A stretch of 64,000 nucleotides of DNA from assembly GCF_020745735.1 (NCBI RefSeq), contig NW_026869048.1, positions 124,001 through 188,000 of the forward strand, in the 5' to 3' direction. The notes beneath the pieces were generated by a model that was not told the origin of the DNA, made no database searches, and saw only the letters and a list, made by a program, of their open reading frames with translations. Origin of the DNA: Hemiscyllium ocellatum (lineage: Eukaryota). Shown piece after piece: positions 1 through 13,560 of this stretch (the stretch's first letter is position 1; each line of letters begins with the position of its first letter). A program made the translations under genes and the position numbers.

Positions 1-637
1 AACTGCATTTCTAATAAGCACCATGGAGTTTAGCAAAATTTCTTGAGTCGCTTCTTGTCGATTCCCACACAGGTTTCCAACTCAGTTGATATCCATGTGG
101 CTCATGTCCAGGTGTGAACATCTCTGCAGTAAATTGCACGGTTAAGGTAAAACGCAAGGAAAGTGGCATCTCGAACAGACACAGTGACTGAAACTATGCT
201 GCACGGTATGATGTGAATACGGCCTGCTCAGCTCTGTGCATTTTCCCTGTAGTCTGGTGTGTTTCGTGTTCCGTGTAAACGTGAAAGTTGTCCTGTTTCG
301 AGCAATGGGTGAAATCATTTAACAAAGCAAGAATCGAAATTGAAGTAATGTCAAGCAGCTCATGGTTATTTGACCAATTCATAACCGAACATATATTCTC
401 ACGCAGTCACAGATACATTTGTAGCTGAAAAGGGTCTGAGAAGGTAGACTTAATATTGATTTTTGTACGGATTGATGGGCTTTTGTTATCTGCTGCGAAA
501 TTGACATTGGAGAAGGGCACATCCCAGCAGCTGTGCGAGTCGGAGAGGGACCATGGAACACTTTGCATGTGACTTTCCATCTGTTGTTATGCAGGGGCAC
601 AATTGGAAATGCAAGAAACTGGGGAGCGTGGCTTGCT

Positions 638-719
638 GGTAGTGTGGCCAAGTCGTCTAAGGCGTTGAATCCAGGTTCCAGTCTCGAAAGGGTCGTGGGT
701 TGGAATGCCACCACTGCCA
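638..719 (+). pseudogene. tRNA-Leu-like pseudogene (Leu-TAG/AAG-type body, anticodon position reads CAG)
   Basis: 82 nt GGTAGTGTGGCCAAGTCGTCTAAGGCG...GTGGGTTGGAATGCCACCACTGCCA aligns end to end with the vertebrate tRNA-Leu(TAG) pattern GGTAGTGTGGCCGAGCGGTCTAAGG...GGTTCGAATCCCACCACTGCCA. B-box TTC>TTG, U33>C and an anticodon-stem mismatch indicate decay. Confidence 0.85.
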
Positions 720-2199
720 TTTCTGCTGATCAACTCCCCTGCCGCAGCATTGTGAAGCAAAAATAAAATTGGTTAGCTGTCTGGGGAATTGACTGTGGTT
801 TGAGAACGTGCTGAATATTGTGAAGTTTCTCTGCTGGTATAATGGTGTTCGCCTTCCGTGCTTAAAATCGCAAAAAGCGCAACTGTTGCTTTACGTTCCA
901 AGCAAGTTGAAACTGTTATTTCATCGCTGTTGTGAAACAAAGTCCTGTGGTGAGTCGATTCATCGTTATTTGCCTTTATGCCGAATGGTAAAATCATTCC
1001 AATACATATGTTATTGAACTTTTCCCACTTCCTTCATTTCCATCCTAGAGACTTCGCTAGGGTGAGGTAATCTAATCGAGACTGTGATTGATGAAATTCA
1101 CTTTTGTATGGCCCCTACTTGTTGTATTCTTTCTTACTCTCTTTTTAGCATTGTTTGGGAAGTGGTGGTGCACTAAGGCTGCAGTATGTTTGAAAGAGTA
1201 GCTTGGAATTGCCCTGTTGTTAGTTGTGAGATTATTTTATGCCTCATGCCCTCGGAATGTCTCCCATTTAGCATTCATGCTTCGCTGTGTCTCAACATGC
1301 ATTAGGTGTGCCAGTTTTGTTTGTGTTCCGTGTTAATTGCTTTCTGTTTGCGATTCGCTCAATACATAACGAGTTAACAAGGTTTCTGAGGTAATTTGCA
1401 GCAGCAAAAATCCTCAACTGAGAATCTGGGAAAATTGCACTAAGTATGGTCAGTCACAGCAAAAGTTAGGAAGTCGTTCGTTTCTGCAGTGTTTCACAAT
1501 ACTACCTTTCCTGTGAGCAGTCGAACAGACTAAATGATTGTGCCGCAGACTGCGACGGCAAGCTCCGCTAAAAAGTAATCCTTTAAAACCGGTGTAAGCA
1601 ACACAACGTTATTGGGGTACATCGCGTGGAAACAGATACTTCGGTGTATCTCATCCATGCTCACCGCACAGCCAAAATTAAACAAGTCCCATTCCACAGC
1701 CTTTGGCCTCAATCTCTCTGAACCCATTCTATTAGTTTCTGGTGCAATTATTGCAATTTTCTGAGTGCAATAGCCTCCTCCACTCCCTCTGGTAGCTCAT
1801 TCCATACACCCATAACCTTGTGTGTGGGAAATGTGCCTCAGGTGCTTTGTCAATTTCAGACCACCCACCTTAAACCTATGCTCTCGAGTTTCCTACTCAC
1901 CCCAGCTTGGGTAAAACACGTAAATGCTCAGTTCACAACCCTTCCATAAAATCATTTCGCAGCCGTGACGCTGTCAGGAAAATTGTCCCAGCCTATTCCA
2001 CCTCACTCTACAGTCCAAACATTGACGACATCCTTGCTAATATTTTGTCCCCAATTTCACGTCCCTCTTGTTTTCTTAACTTTTTCAAGATGTCAATTAC
2101 CCTGGACAACAATAAGCTATTAAAAAAAGGTGAAACGGAAAATGTCTTCAACTTTCAGTGCTGGATGCCACAGAGCCGCAGCGCGACTGCCGGCGGCTT

Positions 2200-2272
2200 G
2201 TTTCTGTAGTGTAGCGGTCATCACGTTCGCCTCACCCGCGAAAGGTCCTCACTTCGAAACTGGGCAGAGACT
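2200..2272 (+). pseudogene. tRNA-Val(CAC)-like, probably pseudogene
   Basis: 73 nt GTTTCTGTAGTGTAGCGGTCATCACGTTCGCCTCACCCGCGAAAGGTCCTCACTTCGAAACTGGGCAGAGACT. Anticodon arm TTCGC-CT-CAC-CC-GCGAA is intact. T-stem is disrupted (CCTCAC vs canonical CCCCGG) and A37>C. Confidence 0.85.
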
Positions 2273-4489
2273 GCTTTATTCTTCAACTACAGCCTTTTAC
2301 ATGGACTTTCTTGTTTGTTTTCCCATCTGCAAAACCTGCCTTCGAAATTGCTCGAACAAATTTGCTCTCTTCCTGAAATGTAATGCAATTCCATTAAGTT
2401 AGTTTGCAAAGCATTGTAAAGTTGTTTCTCCAACCTGGGTCTGATCATATGACATTCTGCTTCAGAGTGTAGTTACCGCGTTCTGAATCTTCCACAAAAA
2501 GCAGTACCGCGTTTGCATTCCTTGTGCAGGCGGGCAGGTTCAAAGATGCGCTGGTGTCACAGTACACCACGGATTCCTGAACTAGTCTGTCTGTCAAACA
2601 TAGCCCAAGTCGTCTCTGAAAGGCCTCATTTGGAAGCTGTCTGTCGTTATAATACTAATGAAATGGTTTCATCTCCCTCACCCTACCTCATCGTTTCTCT
2701 TTGTTTCTCTTTCCTGCTCATCCCTCACTCCCACATCCCCCACTCGACATAACCTCCAAAAATATTGCCATGGCCTCCAACACTTGATGACATTTGAAGA
2801 AATATGGCTGCAGACTGTGACCGACTCCTGGTCCCCTCGCCTGGGTTTATCTCCCATTCAGTGTCTCCATTGAATGCTTTGCATTTTTTAATAATCTCAG
2901 TTGGCCAGCTGCCATGCGTATCCACGGATTCAAGCCCTTTCCCAAGTAATTCCTATTTGTTTGAATCAAGCTTATAAACGTCTTCCATGGCGAGTTCAAT
3001 ACAGGCAGCAGCACATCCTCACCGTTTCACTGATATCATCAAGTATTAGAAGTTTAATTATTAAGGTCATTACACTGCTCTAGGTCAGAGATGTGTAATT
3101 ACTCCTGTGTTTATTATGGCAAGAACTTTCAGTGAACTCCGAACGGATGGAGGAGCAGGAAAGGAAAAGGAATAAAATTCTCTTTTCAACAAAACAGCCA
3201 GTACTGGCGAATATGACATGAAGCTTCAGTGAATTTGAATAATGACAAATTACTGTATTCGCGTTCTGAATCGAACATTTGTTCGTGTAAGGGATAAATG
3301 AGCAATAGTGTATAAAGAGCTTGAGTTTTTTTTTCCGAAGTAATGAAGTTAAACTTAAATCCTTGCATGTGGTATGTTTTCCCTCTGTTCCAGTGCAGAC
3401 CTCTTTATTCCACACCCACCAGTTCTTGCCCTCACAGCGGAAACTCTGAATGGTGTTATGAAGTGCCAAATATTAACATTGTGATCATGGACATACTTAA
3501 ACTGATTAAACTGGTACTTCATGACCAGTTGCAGCTGTGAAAATGTTGTTAAGTCACACCGTGAATTAGGTGGAAACCTGCGTTTGCCAGAAGCTAAAGG
3601 AAATGGGTTGGCAAGTACGTTTGTTCTGAGGTCAGATGAAATCTGCTATATTTAGTATCAATAATGTGAATGGAAAGTTCTGGCAGTCGTTCTAAGATTA
3701 TGTCAGGATTGCCTCACGAAGGCATCACATGGCAGCGTGGTGAACACCAGCACAGATGAGAACAATCACAGAAAACAACTGCTTGACTAGTTCAGAAATG
3801 TTGGTTCATTTTGAGAGGTCAATTTTGAATCAGCACAAAACATCTAAAGTTTTTCAGTGGTCGCTTGAATTTTGCTTGTATTTCAGTATGAAGGTCTTGC
3901 ATTGCCCAGAAATTACTATGAACAAGGGTGACATGCTGAAGAAATGGTTTTCTCTTCCTTTCCCTCTGTGCTGTCTCTTCCACATCACAACCGCAGTATT
4001 GCCTCATTATGGTGTACTGTCGCCATCCTGTGGAAATCAAAAGAACCCTATACCAACACGATTATCTTGCACAGTCATTGACTAACTTAATAAAACTCGT
4101 TACCCAGGCGTAGAATACTGACTATCAAGTCTGCGATTTTTTTTTTGATGAATTGTTTTGGAGTTAATTCTGGATAAGTTTACTTATGTTAAATGATTAA
4201 TCTGTGCACTTCGATGAATTACAATTCTGGAGACATTGTCAGTGCAAACGGTGAGGAAAATGGGAATGCGGGTTCTCCTGGATCAAGTGAAGTAATTGCA
4301 AAGTAAGTTAAGTTGACTGCATGACTAAGATAGTCATTATTTCAGAATATGGCAAACCATTAGGAAATCACTGGAGAGCTGGCAGTTTGTGCAATGTTAA
4401 ATAACCATCAATGTTAACAACACGGAGACAATGATTTGATCATGTTCGTATCAGCTCTCGAAGAGGAGCTTGCCTACGATCGCTAATCA

Positions 4490-6680
4490 GAGAAAATGAG
4501 AACTGCAGATGCTGGAGATCAGAGCTGAAAAATGTGTTGTTGGAAAAGCGCAGCAGGTCAGGCAGCATCAAAGGAACATGTGAATCGACGTTACGAGTAT
4601 AAGCCCTTCTTCAGGAATGAAGAGGGTTTGCCAAGCAGGCTAAGATAAAAGGTAGGGAGGAGGGACTTCAGAGAGGGGCATTGGGAATACGATAGACGGA
4701 AGGTGGTGCAGGTGAATTTCTGACGGATATGGAAAGATCCCTTGGGGCCTTGGAGGGAAGTGAGGGGGGAGGGGTGGGTGCAAGTTTTGCATTCTGGTCA
4801 GTTGTAGCGGAAGATGCTGAGAGTGGAGGTTGCGTTGGTGGGGTGTGTGGATCTGATGAGGAGTCGCGGATGGAGTGGTCTTTCAGGAATGCTGATAGTG
4901 GTGGGGAGGGAATATATTCTTTGTGGTTGGATCTGTTTGAAGGTAGCGAAAATGACGAAGGATGATACGATGTATCTGGAGGCTTTGGGGTGGTAGGTGA
5001 GGACCAGTGGGTTTTGTCCTGGTGGCGATTGGAGGGGCGGGGATCAAGGACGGAAGAGCGGCAATTGGAGTAGATGTGGTTGAGAGCATCGTCAACCACG
5101 TCTAAGGGGATATTGTGGTCTTTGAAGAAGGAGACCATCTGAGTGTTTCGGTATTGGAATTGGTCCACCTGGGAGCAGATGCGGCGAAGGCGAAGGAATT
5201 GGGAATATGGGATAGCATTGATACAGGGGGCAGGGTGGGAGTAGGTGTAAACTAGGTTGCTGTGGGAGTCAGACCGTTTATAGTAAATGTCCGTGTAGAG
5301 TCGGTCGTCCGAGATAGAAATGGAGAGGTCTAGAAAGAGGAGCCAGCAGTCTGAGATGGTCCAGGTAAATTTGGGGTCGGGGTGGAAGGGGTTAGTAAAT
5401 TGAATGAACTGTTCAACCTCCTCGTGGGAGAACGAGGTAGTGCCGATACAGTTATCGATGTAGCGGAGGAAAAGGTGGGGGGGTGATGTCAGTGAAGCTG
5501 CAGAAGATGGACTGTTCCACATATCCAACGAAGAGGCAGGCATAGCTGGAGCCCATGCGGGTGCCCATGGTTACTCCTTTAGTTTGGAGGAAGTGGGAGG
5601 ATTGGAAAGAGAAGTTGTTCAGAGTGAGGACCAGTTCAGTCAGTCAAAGGAAGTTGTCAGTAGAAGGGTACTGGTTGGTTCGTCGGGAAAGGAAGAAGCA
5701 GAATGCTCTGAGGCCTTCATGATGGGGGATGGAGTTGTATAGGCACTGGATGTCCATGGTGAAGATATGGCATTGGGGGCCGGGGAGGCGAAAGTTATGG
5801 AGGAGATAGAGGGCTTGTAGATGGAGAGTTCTTGGACTGAGGGGGACAAGACCGTCTCAAAGTACACAGAAATGAGTTTGGTGGGGCAGGAGCAGGCTGA
5901 AACAATTTGTCAGTCGTCGCAGGCAGATTTGTGGATTTTGGGCAGGGGGTAGCGGGACTTGTGGGACTATGAGGTTGGAGGCAGTGGATGGGAGATCGCC
6001 TGAGGTGATGAGGTTATGGATGGTCTGGGAGATGATGGTTTGGTGGGGGGAGGTGGGGTCATCGTCATGGGGGCAGCAGGAGGATGTGTCCGTGAGCTGG
6101 TGTTTAGCCTCAGAAATATAAAGATCGGTGCAGCAAACAAGCACCGTGCCTCCCTTTTATGCCAGTTTGATGCTGAGGTTGGGGTTGGAGCGGAGGGAGT
6201 GGAGGGATGCATCTTGCGAGGGTGAGAGGTTGGACTGGGTGAGAGAGGTTGACAGGTTGAGGTGGTAAATGTCACGGTGTCAGTTGGCGATGAAGAGATC
6301 AAGGGTGGGTAAGAGGCCAGGACGAGGTGCCCAGGTGGATGGGGTGTGTTGGATGCGGGAGAAGGGGTCGTCAGAGGGTGGGCGGGAGTCCTGTTTGAAT
6401 AAATAGGCACGGAGGCGAAGGCGGCAGAAGTAATGCTCGATGTCTTGCCGCGTGTTGAATTTGTTAATCTGGGAGCGTAGGGGGATGAAGGTGAGGTCTC
6501 TGCTGATGACTAATCTTTCATCCTCAGAGAGGGGGAGGTCTGGAGGGATGGTGAAAATACGGCAGGGCTAGGAACTAGGAGCTAGGACCGGGTGTGGGAT
6601 TGGAGTTGGGAGTGGGGGCGGGATTAGGTGTGGGGACGGGGTTAGGCGTGGGGGCGGCGATCGGCGTGGGGACATGGTAC
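4490..6680 (-). mobile_element. Penelope-like retroelement, frameshifted, RT-containing, GIY-YIG core deleted
   Basis: Minus-strand translations give GVTMGTRMGSS (PLE RT motif GxxMG), LFLRYIDN (YIDD variant), FLDLSI, AIPYSQFLRLRRICS and CK-C...FTCTT, then jump to the 3' UTR. The terminal repeat at 4490-4620 has a degenerate hammerhead. Confidence 0.9.
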
Positions 6681-7909
6681 GTTCGCTACCAAGTCCTTTT
6701 ACTATTTTATACTGCAAAACTTCTCCTGATGAAAATTGCGGATTTCTTTTGAACAACTCCATGGAAGGTGCTTCCACCACTACACTATTAGGCAGAACAA
6801 TCCAGTTCCCAAACTATGTTGTTTCTTTCGAAAAATAATTCGTTTTAACCGTGTCCTTTTCTTCTCAGGGCTTTTTAAAGAAGAATGCATCCAGTATGGA
6901 ATCAGGCCACTTGGCCCGACAAGTCGACACCAACCCTTCAAATAGTAACCAATCCAGATGCACTCCCAAACCCTTTTACTCTGCTCTGTCGAAATCCCTC
7001 ATAACTTTGAACACTTATAAAATGTCTTCTTCATTTTCTCTTCTCCATAAAAAGCAGTCCGAGCTTCTTCAAACTAGCCACACAGTTGTCCAGTTGTTCA
7101 TCTCTGGTAACATGTTTGTGTATCTTTTGTGCACCTTCTCAAGTCCCTTCCTGAAGCATGCAGCATGGATACTAGCTGTGATGGAAAAGTAGGTTTTTTA
7201 ATAAACTTTTGTCACAATTTCCTTATTTTCCATGTGACGTTTCCTATTTAAAAAGTTTAGAATCCTAATGATATCTTCAATCCGCACAACCAAGTTCATA
7301 ACCTGTGCGCATGCACACAATATGCATAAACTGCATTAAATATTAGACTGGGATCAGTTCAGGAAGCATTTATCATTGTATGAAAATATATAAGCTTGTG
7401 TATTAAATGAACAAAGAACAATCCAGAATAATTCTGAGGTGGAGTGGGCCTGATTTCAATACTGCAAGAGGGCATTTGAACAAGGACATTTGAGCACAAA
7501 TTTTGGGAAATGTTCAGCTACAGTTCTACAGTGCAGCTTATCATTTCCACCAGCAGGAAATGGTGTCAAAAACAAAACTCTAATTGTCTGGATTATTTTG
7601 CAATGGATACGGATTGTTGATAACCCCAGTGCGAAATATAGACAGTTCAGTGGGGACGTGAAGAGTAAAGGAGACTGGCAACTAAAATTAAAAGGGAATC
7701 CAAAAGTCATCCTTCGTCACAAACAGTGAAAGCGTAGCAAAACAATGATTGTGGCCAATGATCATACATACCCTGTTTAAACTTCATAGAGGCAGGGACC
7801 TGGCTAAGGCATTATGAAGAGGAAGTTGATGTCAAATTCATGGTGAAAAAAATATGCAATTGATACTTAGATGAGATGAAGTTTGACAGAATTTTAGAAA
7901 GGCTAAAAT

Positions 7910-8005
7910 AAAATAAAATTGAAGATGCTGGAAATCTGAAACAAAAATGAAACTGCTGGAGAATCTCAGCAGGTCTGGCAGCATTTGTGGCGAGAAAGCA
8001 GAATT
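7910..8005. repeat. solo Penelope-type terminal repeat fragment (third family; related copy ~30350-30455)
   Basis: gatgctggaaatctgaaacaaaa...ctcagcaggtctggcagcatttgtgg resembles the other pLTR ends. The reverse-oriented relative at ~30350-30455 carries an HHR remnant (GGACCCGAAACGTT). Confidence 0.55.
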
Positions 8006-9409
8006 CTGCTGCAATTTCTTCTTCAATAAGAAAGGCTGATATTTATAGAGTGTTGGTAACTGATAACAACTGAATTGGAGACAACTTCTGATATAGGGAA
8101 AAGTAATATTGAAGCTACAGTGGTAATGTCCACAACAACCTAATCCAGTTCAAATACAGGTATGGAATCAGAGACTGGAGAATCACAACATTTAAAATAT
8201 TTTTGTTCAAAGTTGTCTGGATAAGTCCAACAAACAGATTCATCTTAGTGGTAGGAAAGCTTCTAATCTACTGTAATCTCAGCCTCAAGCAACGATACTA
8301 GGAGATCATATGGACTAACTTTATATGCTGACTAAAATATCTCGTGTGTAACCCGTTCACCTAAATCATGTGATGAAGGCCTATAATTCTTAAACTTCAG
8401 GTTTTTTTGAGTATTTAAACCAGTTTAGAAACATCGAAAATAGGAGCAGGAGGAGGCCATGCAATCCTTCGAGTGTGCTGTGCCATTCATCACGATCATG
8501 GCTGATTGTCCAACTCAATAGCTTTCTCCCCATAATATTCGATCCCATTTGCCACAAGTGCTATATCAAGCCCCCTCTTTAATTATAGTTGAAAATGCTT
8601 GTTTGAAGTTTCTAAATTTGTTCTTGCGTTCAATTGAAGCTGTGAGACAAACATGGAGTCCAAACTCTGTCTAAATTCTGAGGACGTTGGCAAATTAAAT
8701 TCAAAAGAAAAGAAAGTGACGGTCAAAAAGTAAGTTTTCTCCAGTGTATGACCATGTTATGCTTCATTTGCGAAACAACAAGTCGACAAAGGGTGGTCAT
8801 ATGTTTGATCATCAGAATTCGTTTCATGAAGATTTCAATGTTTCCGTGCTTTATGCTACTCGATAAGACATATCACACAAAAATGGCATGGACACAACTC
8901 CCAATCACAGTACATTCATGAAGAAATGGCTTCTCAATTGTTGACACATTTTCTCCCTTCTCCCTTGGAACAAGAAATGCTGAGTACTTAGTGGAGGACA
9001 AGCAGCAATAGAGCGTTAAATTGTTGAGTTTATCTCAGACTGAAATTTCTAGACTGTGTGGCAAATGCAAAGTGTTGAAGAAATGGTTTCACTCCTTGTG
9101 CCTGCTACTTTCTCTGTTGCCTCCTGCTGCCACCACAGTTGGCAATTTGCTTTGGCGCTCAGTGTCATTTCATGTAAAAGTATTGAGGAATTTTAAAGAA
9201 ATATTCACCATCTTGTGCAGTTTGTCATTTGAAGTATGACCTTGTTTCATTAAATAATCTGCTCAGTACTTGAAATGCAGTATTGTGAGACTTCTGTAAT
9301 TTTAATGCCTGACAATAAGTTAAAGACCCAGCAACCATTTTAATTTGACATTAATTTTGTGGTTATTGATCAATTGCACGTTCACAGACTGAGCACTCAC
9401 GAAAAAGGT

Positions 9410-10390
9410 AAAAACAAGGACTGCACGTGCTGGAAACCAGATTCTAGATTAGATGGTCCTGGAAAAGCGCAGCAGTTCAGGCAGCATTCGAGGAGCAGGA
9501 AAATGGAAGTTTCAGGCAAAAGCCCTTCATCAGGAATAGAGGCAGAGTGCCTGCATGGTGGAGAGATAAATGAGAGGAGGGTGGGGCTGGGGAGAAAGTA
9601 GCATGGAGTACAATGGGTGAATGGGAGTTGGGATGGAGATGATAGGTCAGGAGGAGGGTGGGAGAAGGTAGCAAAGTGCACAATCGGTGAATAGGGCTGG
9701 GATGAAGGTGATAGGTCAGAGAGGAGGGTGGAGTAGAGAGATGGAAAGGAAGACAGGAAAGTAGGACAAGTTATGGGGACAGTGTTATGGGGAAGTTTGG
9801 AACGGTAGTGAGGTGGGGAATGGAGAAATGGGACAACTGGTGCAGTCCATATTGATGCCCTGGGTTTGAATTGTTCAGAGGCAGAAGATGAGGCATTCTC
9901 CCTCCAGGCGTTTTGTGGTGAGGGAGAGGCGGTGAAGAAGCCCAGGACCTCCATGTCCACGGCTGAGTGGGAGGGGGAGTTGAAATGTTGGGCTACAGGG
10001 CGGTGTTGTTGATTGGTGTGGATCTCCCAGAGATGTTCTCTAAAGGTCTCTGCTCAGTGGTGTCCAGTCTCCCTGATGTAGAGCAGAACGCATTGGGTGC
10101 AAATGATATTGATGGATGTGCAGGTAATACTTTGGTGGATGTGGTAGGCTCCTTTGGGGTCTTGGATAGAGGTGAGGGAGGAGGTGTGGGCGCAGGTTTT
10201 GCAATCCCTGCGGTGGCAAGGGAAGGTGTCAGGACAGGAGGGTGGGTTGTTGGGTTCGTGGACCTGACCAGATAATCACGGAGGGAATGTTCTTTGCAGA
10301 AGACAGAAAGGGATAGGGAGGGAAATATATCCCTGTAGTTGGGTCCGCTTGGATGGGCAGAAATGTCTGTTTCGTGTTTCTGGTCATTAG
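9410..10390 (-). mobile_element. 5'-truncated Penelope-like element (GIY-YIG endonuclease region + terminal repeat)
   Basis: Minus-strand frames contain EHSLRDYLVRS, a CKTC Zn-knuckle region and DMEVLGF. The terminal repeat matches 4490-4620 and has a degenerate HHR at ~9504-9537. Confidence 0.85.
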
Positions 10391-12329
10391 TCCTAACTCT
10401 TCTGAGACATAACAACAAACGTCTCCTGTTTCTGTACTTCCGTCATTTTGGTGAACTCATCTCAAGTAACATTTTGGAATTTGACAGGTCAAGATTGCTC
10501 TATGTTGAGCTTTATCAATTTTGACCAGTTTGCCAGCCCTTCTTGTGCTGGAATATTGGATAGGAACTGGGTTCTATCAGTCCTTTAGGGACAGGCTGCA
10601 AGGGGAATAGGTGTATAATACGGTGGAAGATGACCAGGTGAGGAAGAAGTTTCAGTGACTCTTATATTTCCACGTCCGTAGTATTTTATTGATCCCAAAT
10701 TAAGGAATGGATGGCTATGCAGGTAGTCAATGTAGAGTCAATTCCCGCCAATTCTGGCAGTTTATTAGCAGCAGACGGGTCCTTCATTGTGTGGTAGACC
10801 TCCTCCTGCATTCTAGAGGCACGCTTGCTCGATGTCCCTCCTAAAGAAGTACCTCACGACTCACAACAGGGTATCCCACCTGCATACTGGAACAGTCACT
10901 TGTCCATGGTGGCGATCAATACAGGAACTGGAAATCAAAGTAGGTGAGTGAAAGAAGTCGTGAGGGCTAGAGTGTACTGAACATTTCCAGAACCAGGTTG
11001 GGACATCCAATGAGGCCATTAATGAGTCATTAAAATCCCCCAATTGGTGCATGGACAATGGGTTACTCCTAATCCGAATAAGATTATTGTGATTGCTGCT
11101 GTTTCAGTGATATCAAGCAAATAGTGAAGGTTGGGCATGTGATAAAATCATTTATATTCAGGGCTGAATGCTTGAGACTTTATTGTGAGAAATTTTATAA
11201 TTCCTCTAGATGATCTTAATGATCTGATTTTTTCATACAACTGTGCTTTTCTACATAGAATTACAGAGGAGATACAGACCATTTTGCGCAATCAGTTCAT
11301 GCCAGTGTTTATGTTCCACTCAAGCTGTTTCACATCTTTTTTCTTGTAAGTCGCCCATTGTAATTCTCTACTCTCATCCATTGTAAGTGCTCTCCTTGAA
11401 ATACATCTAAACTATTAATTTCAACTATTCTGGCTGATCACATATTCCCCGTTCTCATCATTCTATCAGTGAAGATGTTTCCTCTGAATTCCCTTTTGGA
11501 TTTCTTGAGTTACTGACTTCCATTGTCAGCCTCTAGCTATGTTCCACCCCATTGAGAAACGTTTTATCTGTACCTTTTCTTTTCAAAACCTTTCATAATT
11601 TCAGAACTGTCAGCCTTCTTTTCAAGAGAGAAGTGAACAGCACAATTCTTCCCTGATATACACAGTCAGAAATTTGTTTATCATTCTTATAAATCTTCTC
11701 CTCACTCTCTCTCGCACATTCTATAATATGTCAATTGGAGCTGCAGGCAATACTCTTAATTATAGTCAATCAAATTTTTATAGGGACTCTACTTTCAAAT
11801 CTACCCCTTTAGAGATAAGGCTCAGTGCTTTGTTTGCATTTTTATACCCTTCAGAATCTGTGATGAAATGGTTAGTGACGAATGTAATTGTCTGAGATCC
11901 CATTGTTTGTCTCCCACACTTAAATACGCATTTTTGAATATGTGACCTGTACACTATTCCGACCAAGGTGTAACACCTTACGTTTATCTGTGTGGATCTT
12001 CATTTGCTAATTTTTTGACCATGCAGTAAATTAATTAATAATCTCTTGCAACGTTTGTAGTCCTCAGAGTTGACTATCTTTCAACATTCCTCTTCCAATT
12101 TGGTGTCATTGAATTGCTTTTTTTTAATAATTAGAGACAATATTTAATTTCCAGTTTTATTTTGTTTGATTTGAATTTTTGGTGAAACACTTGGAGAGGT
12201 GCAGTAATCTACATGATAACTATAGCAAATAAATGTAGAATGACAGATAAAGGAGAATTATTACAAGCACAGGACTAATTAATAGGCTCTATTAACTGCA
12301 AGGTCAAAGCAGGGAACTATTTTTTCACA

Positions 12330-12592
12330 AATGATATAGTGAGATTATCCGGACTGCAATTGCTGTTTTCCATTTCATGCAGAGGATGGTGTGTGTATGG
12401 AATGAACTGCCAGAGAAAGTGGTTAACGCTGGTTCAATTTCAACATTTAAAAGGCGTCTTAGTATGTATATGAATAGGAAGGGTCGAGAGGGATGTGGGC
12501 CAGGTATTGGCAAATGGGATTACATGAGGATATCTGGTCAGCATGGGAAAATGAGACCAAAGGGAATGTTTCCATGTTGTGCATCTCTATGA
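12330..12592 (+). mobile_element. CR1 LINE 3' end fragment
   Basis: QRMVCVWNELPEKVVNAGSISTFKRRL is the typical CR1 ORF2 C-terminus, followed by a ctctatgactc tail. Confidence 0.8.
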
Positions 12593-12599
12593 CTCCATA

Positions 12600-13560
12600 A
12601 CACTACTCCTTTGCTCTTAATGTACGAGTAGAATCTCTTTGGATTATCTTTAACATTATCTACCAAAGTTATCTCATTTTTTTCATTCCTGCCCTCCTCA
12701 TTCCCCTTTTTAGAACGTCCGTGCACCTCGTGTACTCTTCGAGATTCACTTCATCTCATTTATCTATATCTAATATATGATTTGTCCTTATTCTTAAACA
12801 GAGCCTCAATATCTTTATTCCTCCATTGTTCCCTCCTCTTCCTAGCCTTACCTTCACTCTAACAGGAATATCATGCCTCTGAAGTCTCGTTATCTCACAT
12901 CTGAAAGCCTCGCTTTTGCTGGCCTTCCCTCCAGCTGCATACAGTCTACTCCAATCAATCTTTGAAAGTTTTTGTCTTATACTGTCAAAATTTTCCCTCG
13001 TCTAATTCAGAACTTTAACTTGTATATAATGCCAATCCTTTCCATAGGTACTTTGCAACTAATCGAATTATGACCCCTTGCCCAAACTGCTCCCCTACTA
13101 ACCATTCAGTCACTTGCCCTGCTTTATTTCACAAGAGGAGAACAGATTTGCTCCTTCTGCGGTAGCTTCTTTTGCATATTAATGAAAAGAATTCCTTCAA
13201 CACTGAACAAATTCCTCATCACTCAAACTCTTAAGACCATGACTGTCCCGCTTTATGGTTGGAAGGTTAAAATTTACTATTATTACAACCCTATTACTCT
13301 TAGGTACAAATTAGATCTCTCAAAATATTTATTACTTAATTTCACTCTGACTACTGGGGAGACTATTACAATTGCCTCAACATAATCATGCTCTTCTTAT
13401 TTGAGTTCTACCAACATAGCTTTACTGGACCATCCCTCAGAAATACCTTCTGTCAGAACAGCACTAGTATTTCACCACAAGAAAAATTGACTCCAATCTC
13501 CTTTTAGGTCTTCCTACTTCTGCCGTACCTTTGATGGTGTCAGTTGTCTTTGAGGGGCTT
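12600..13560 (-). mobile_element. degenerate CR1 LINE ORF2 fragment (endonuclease/linker)
   Basis: KDNPKRFYSYIKSK is a CR1 linker motif. Many stops. Confidence 0.7.
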
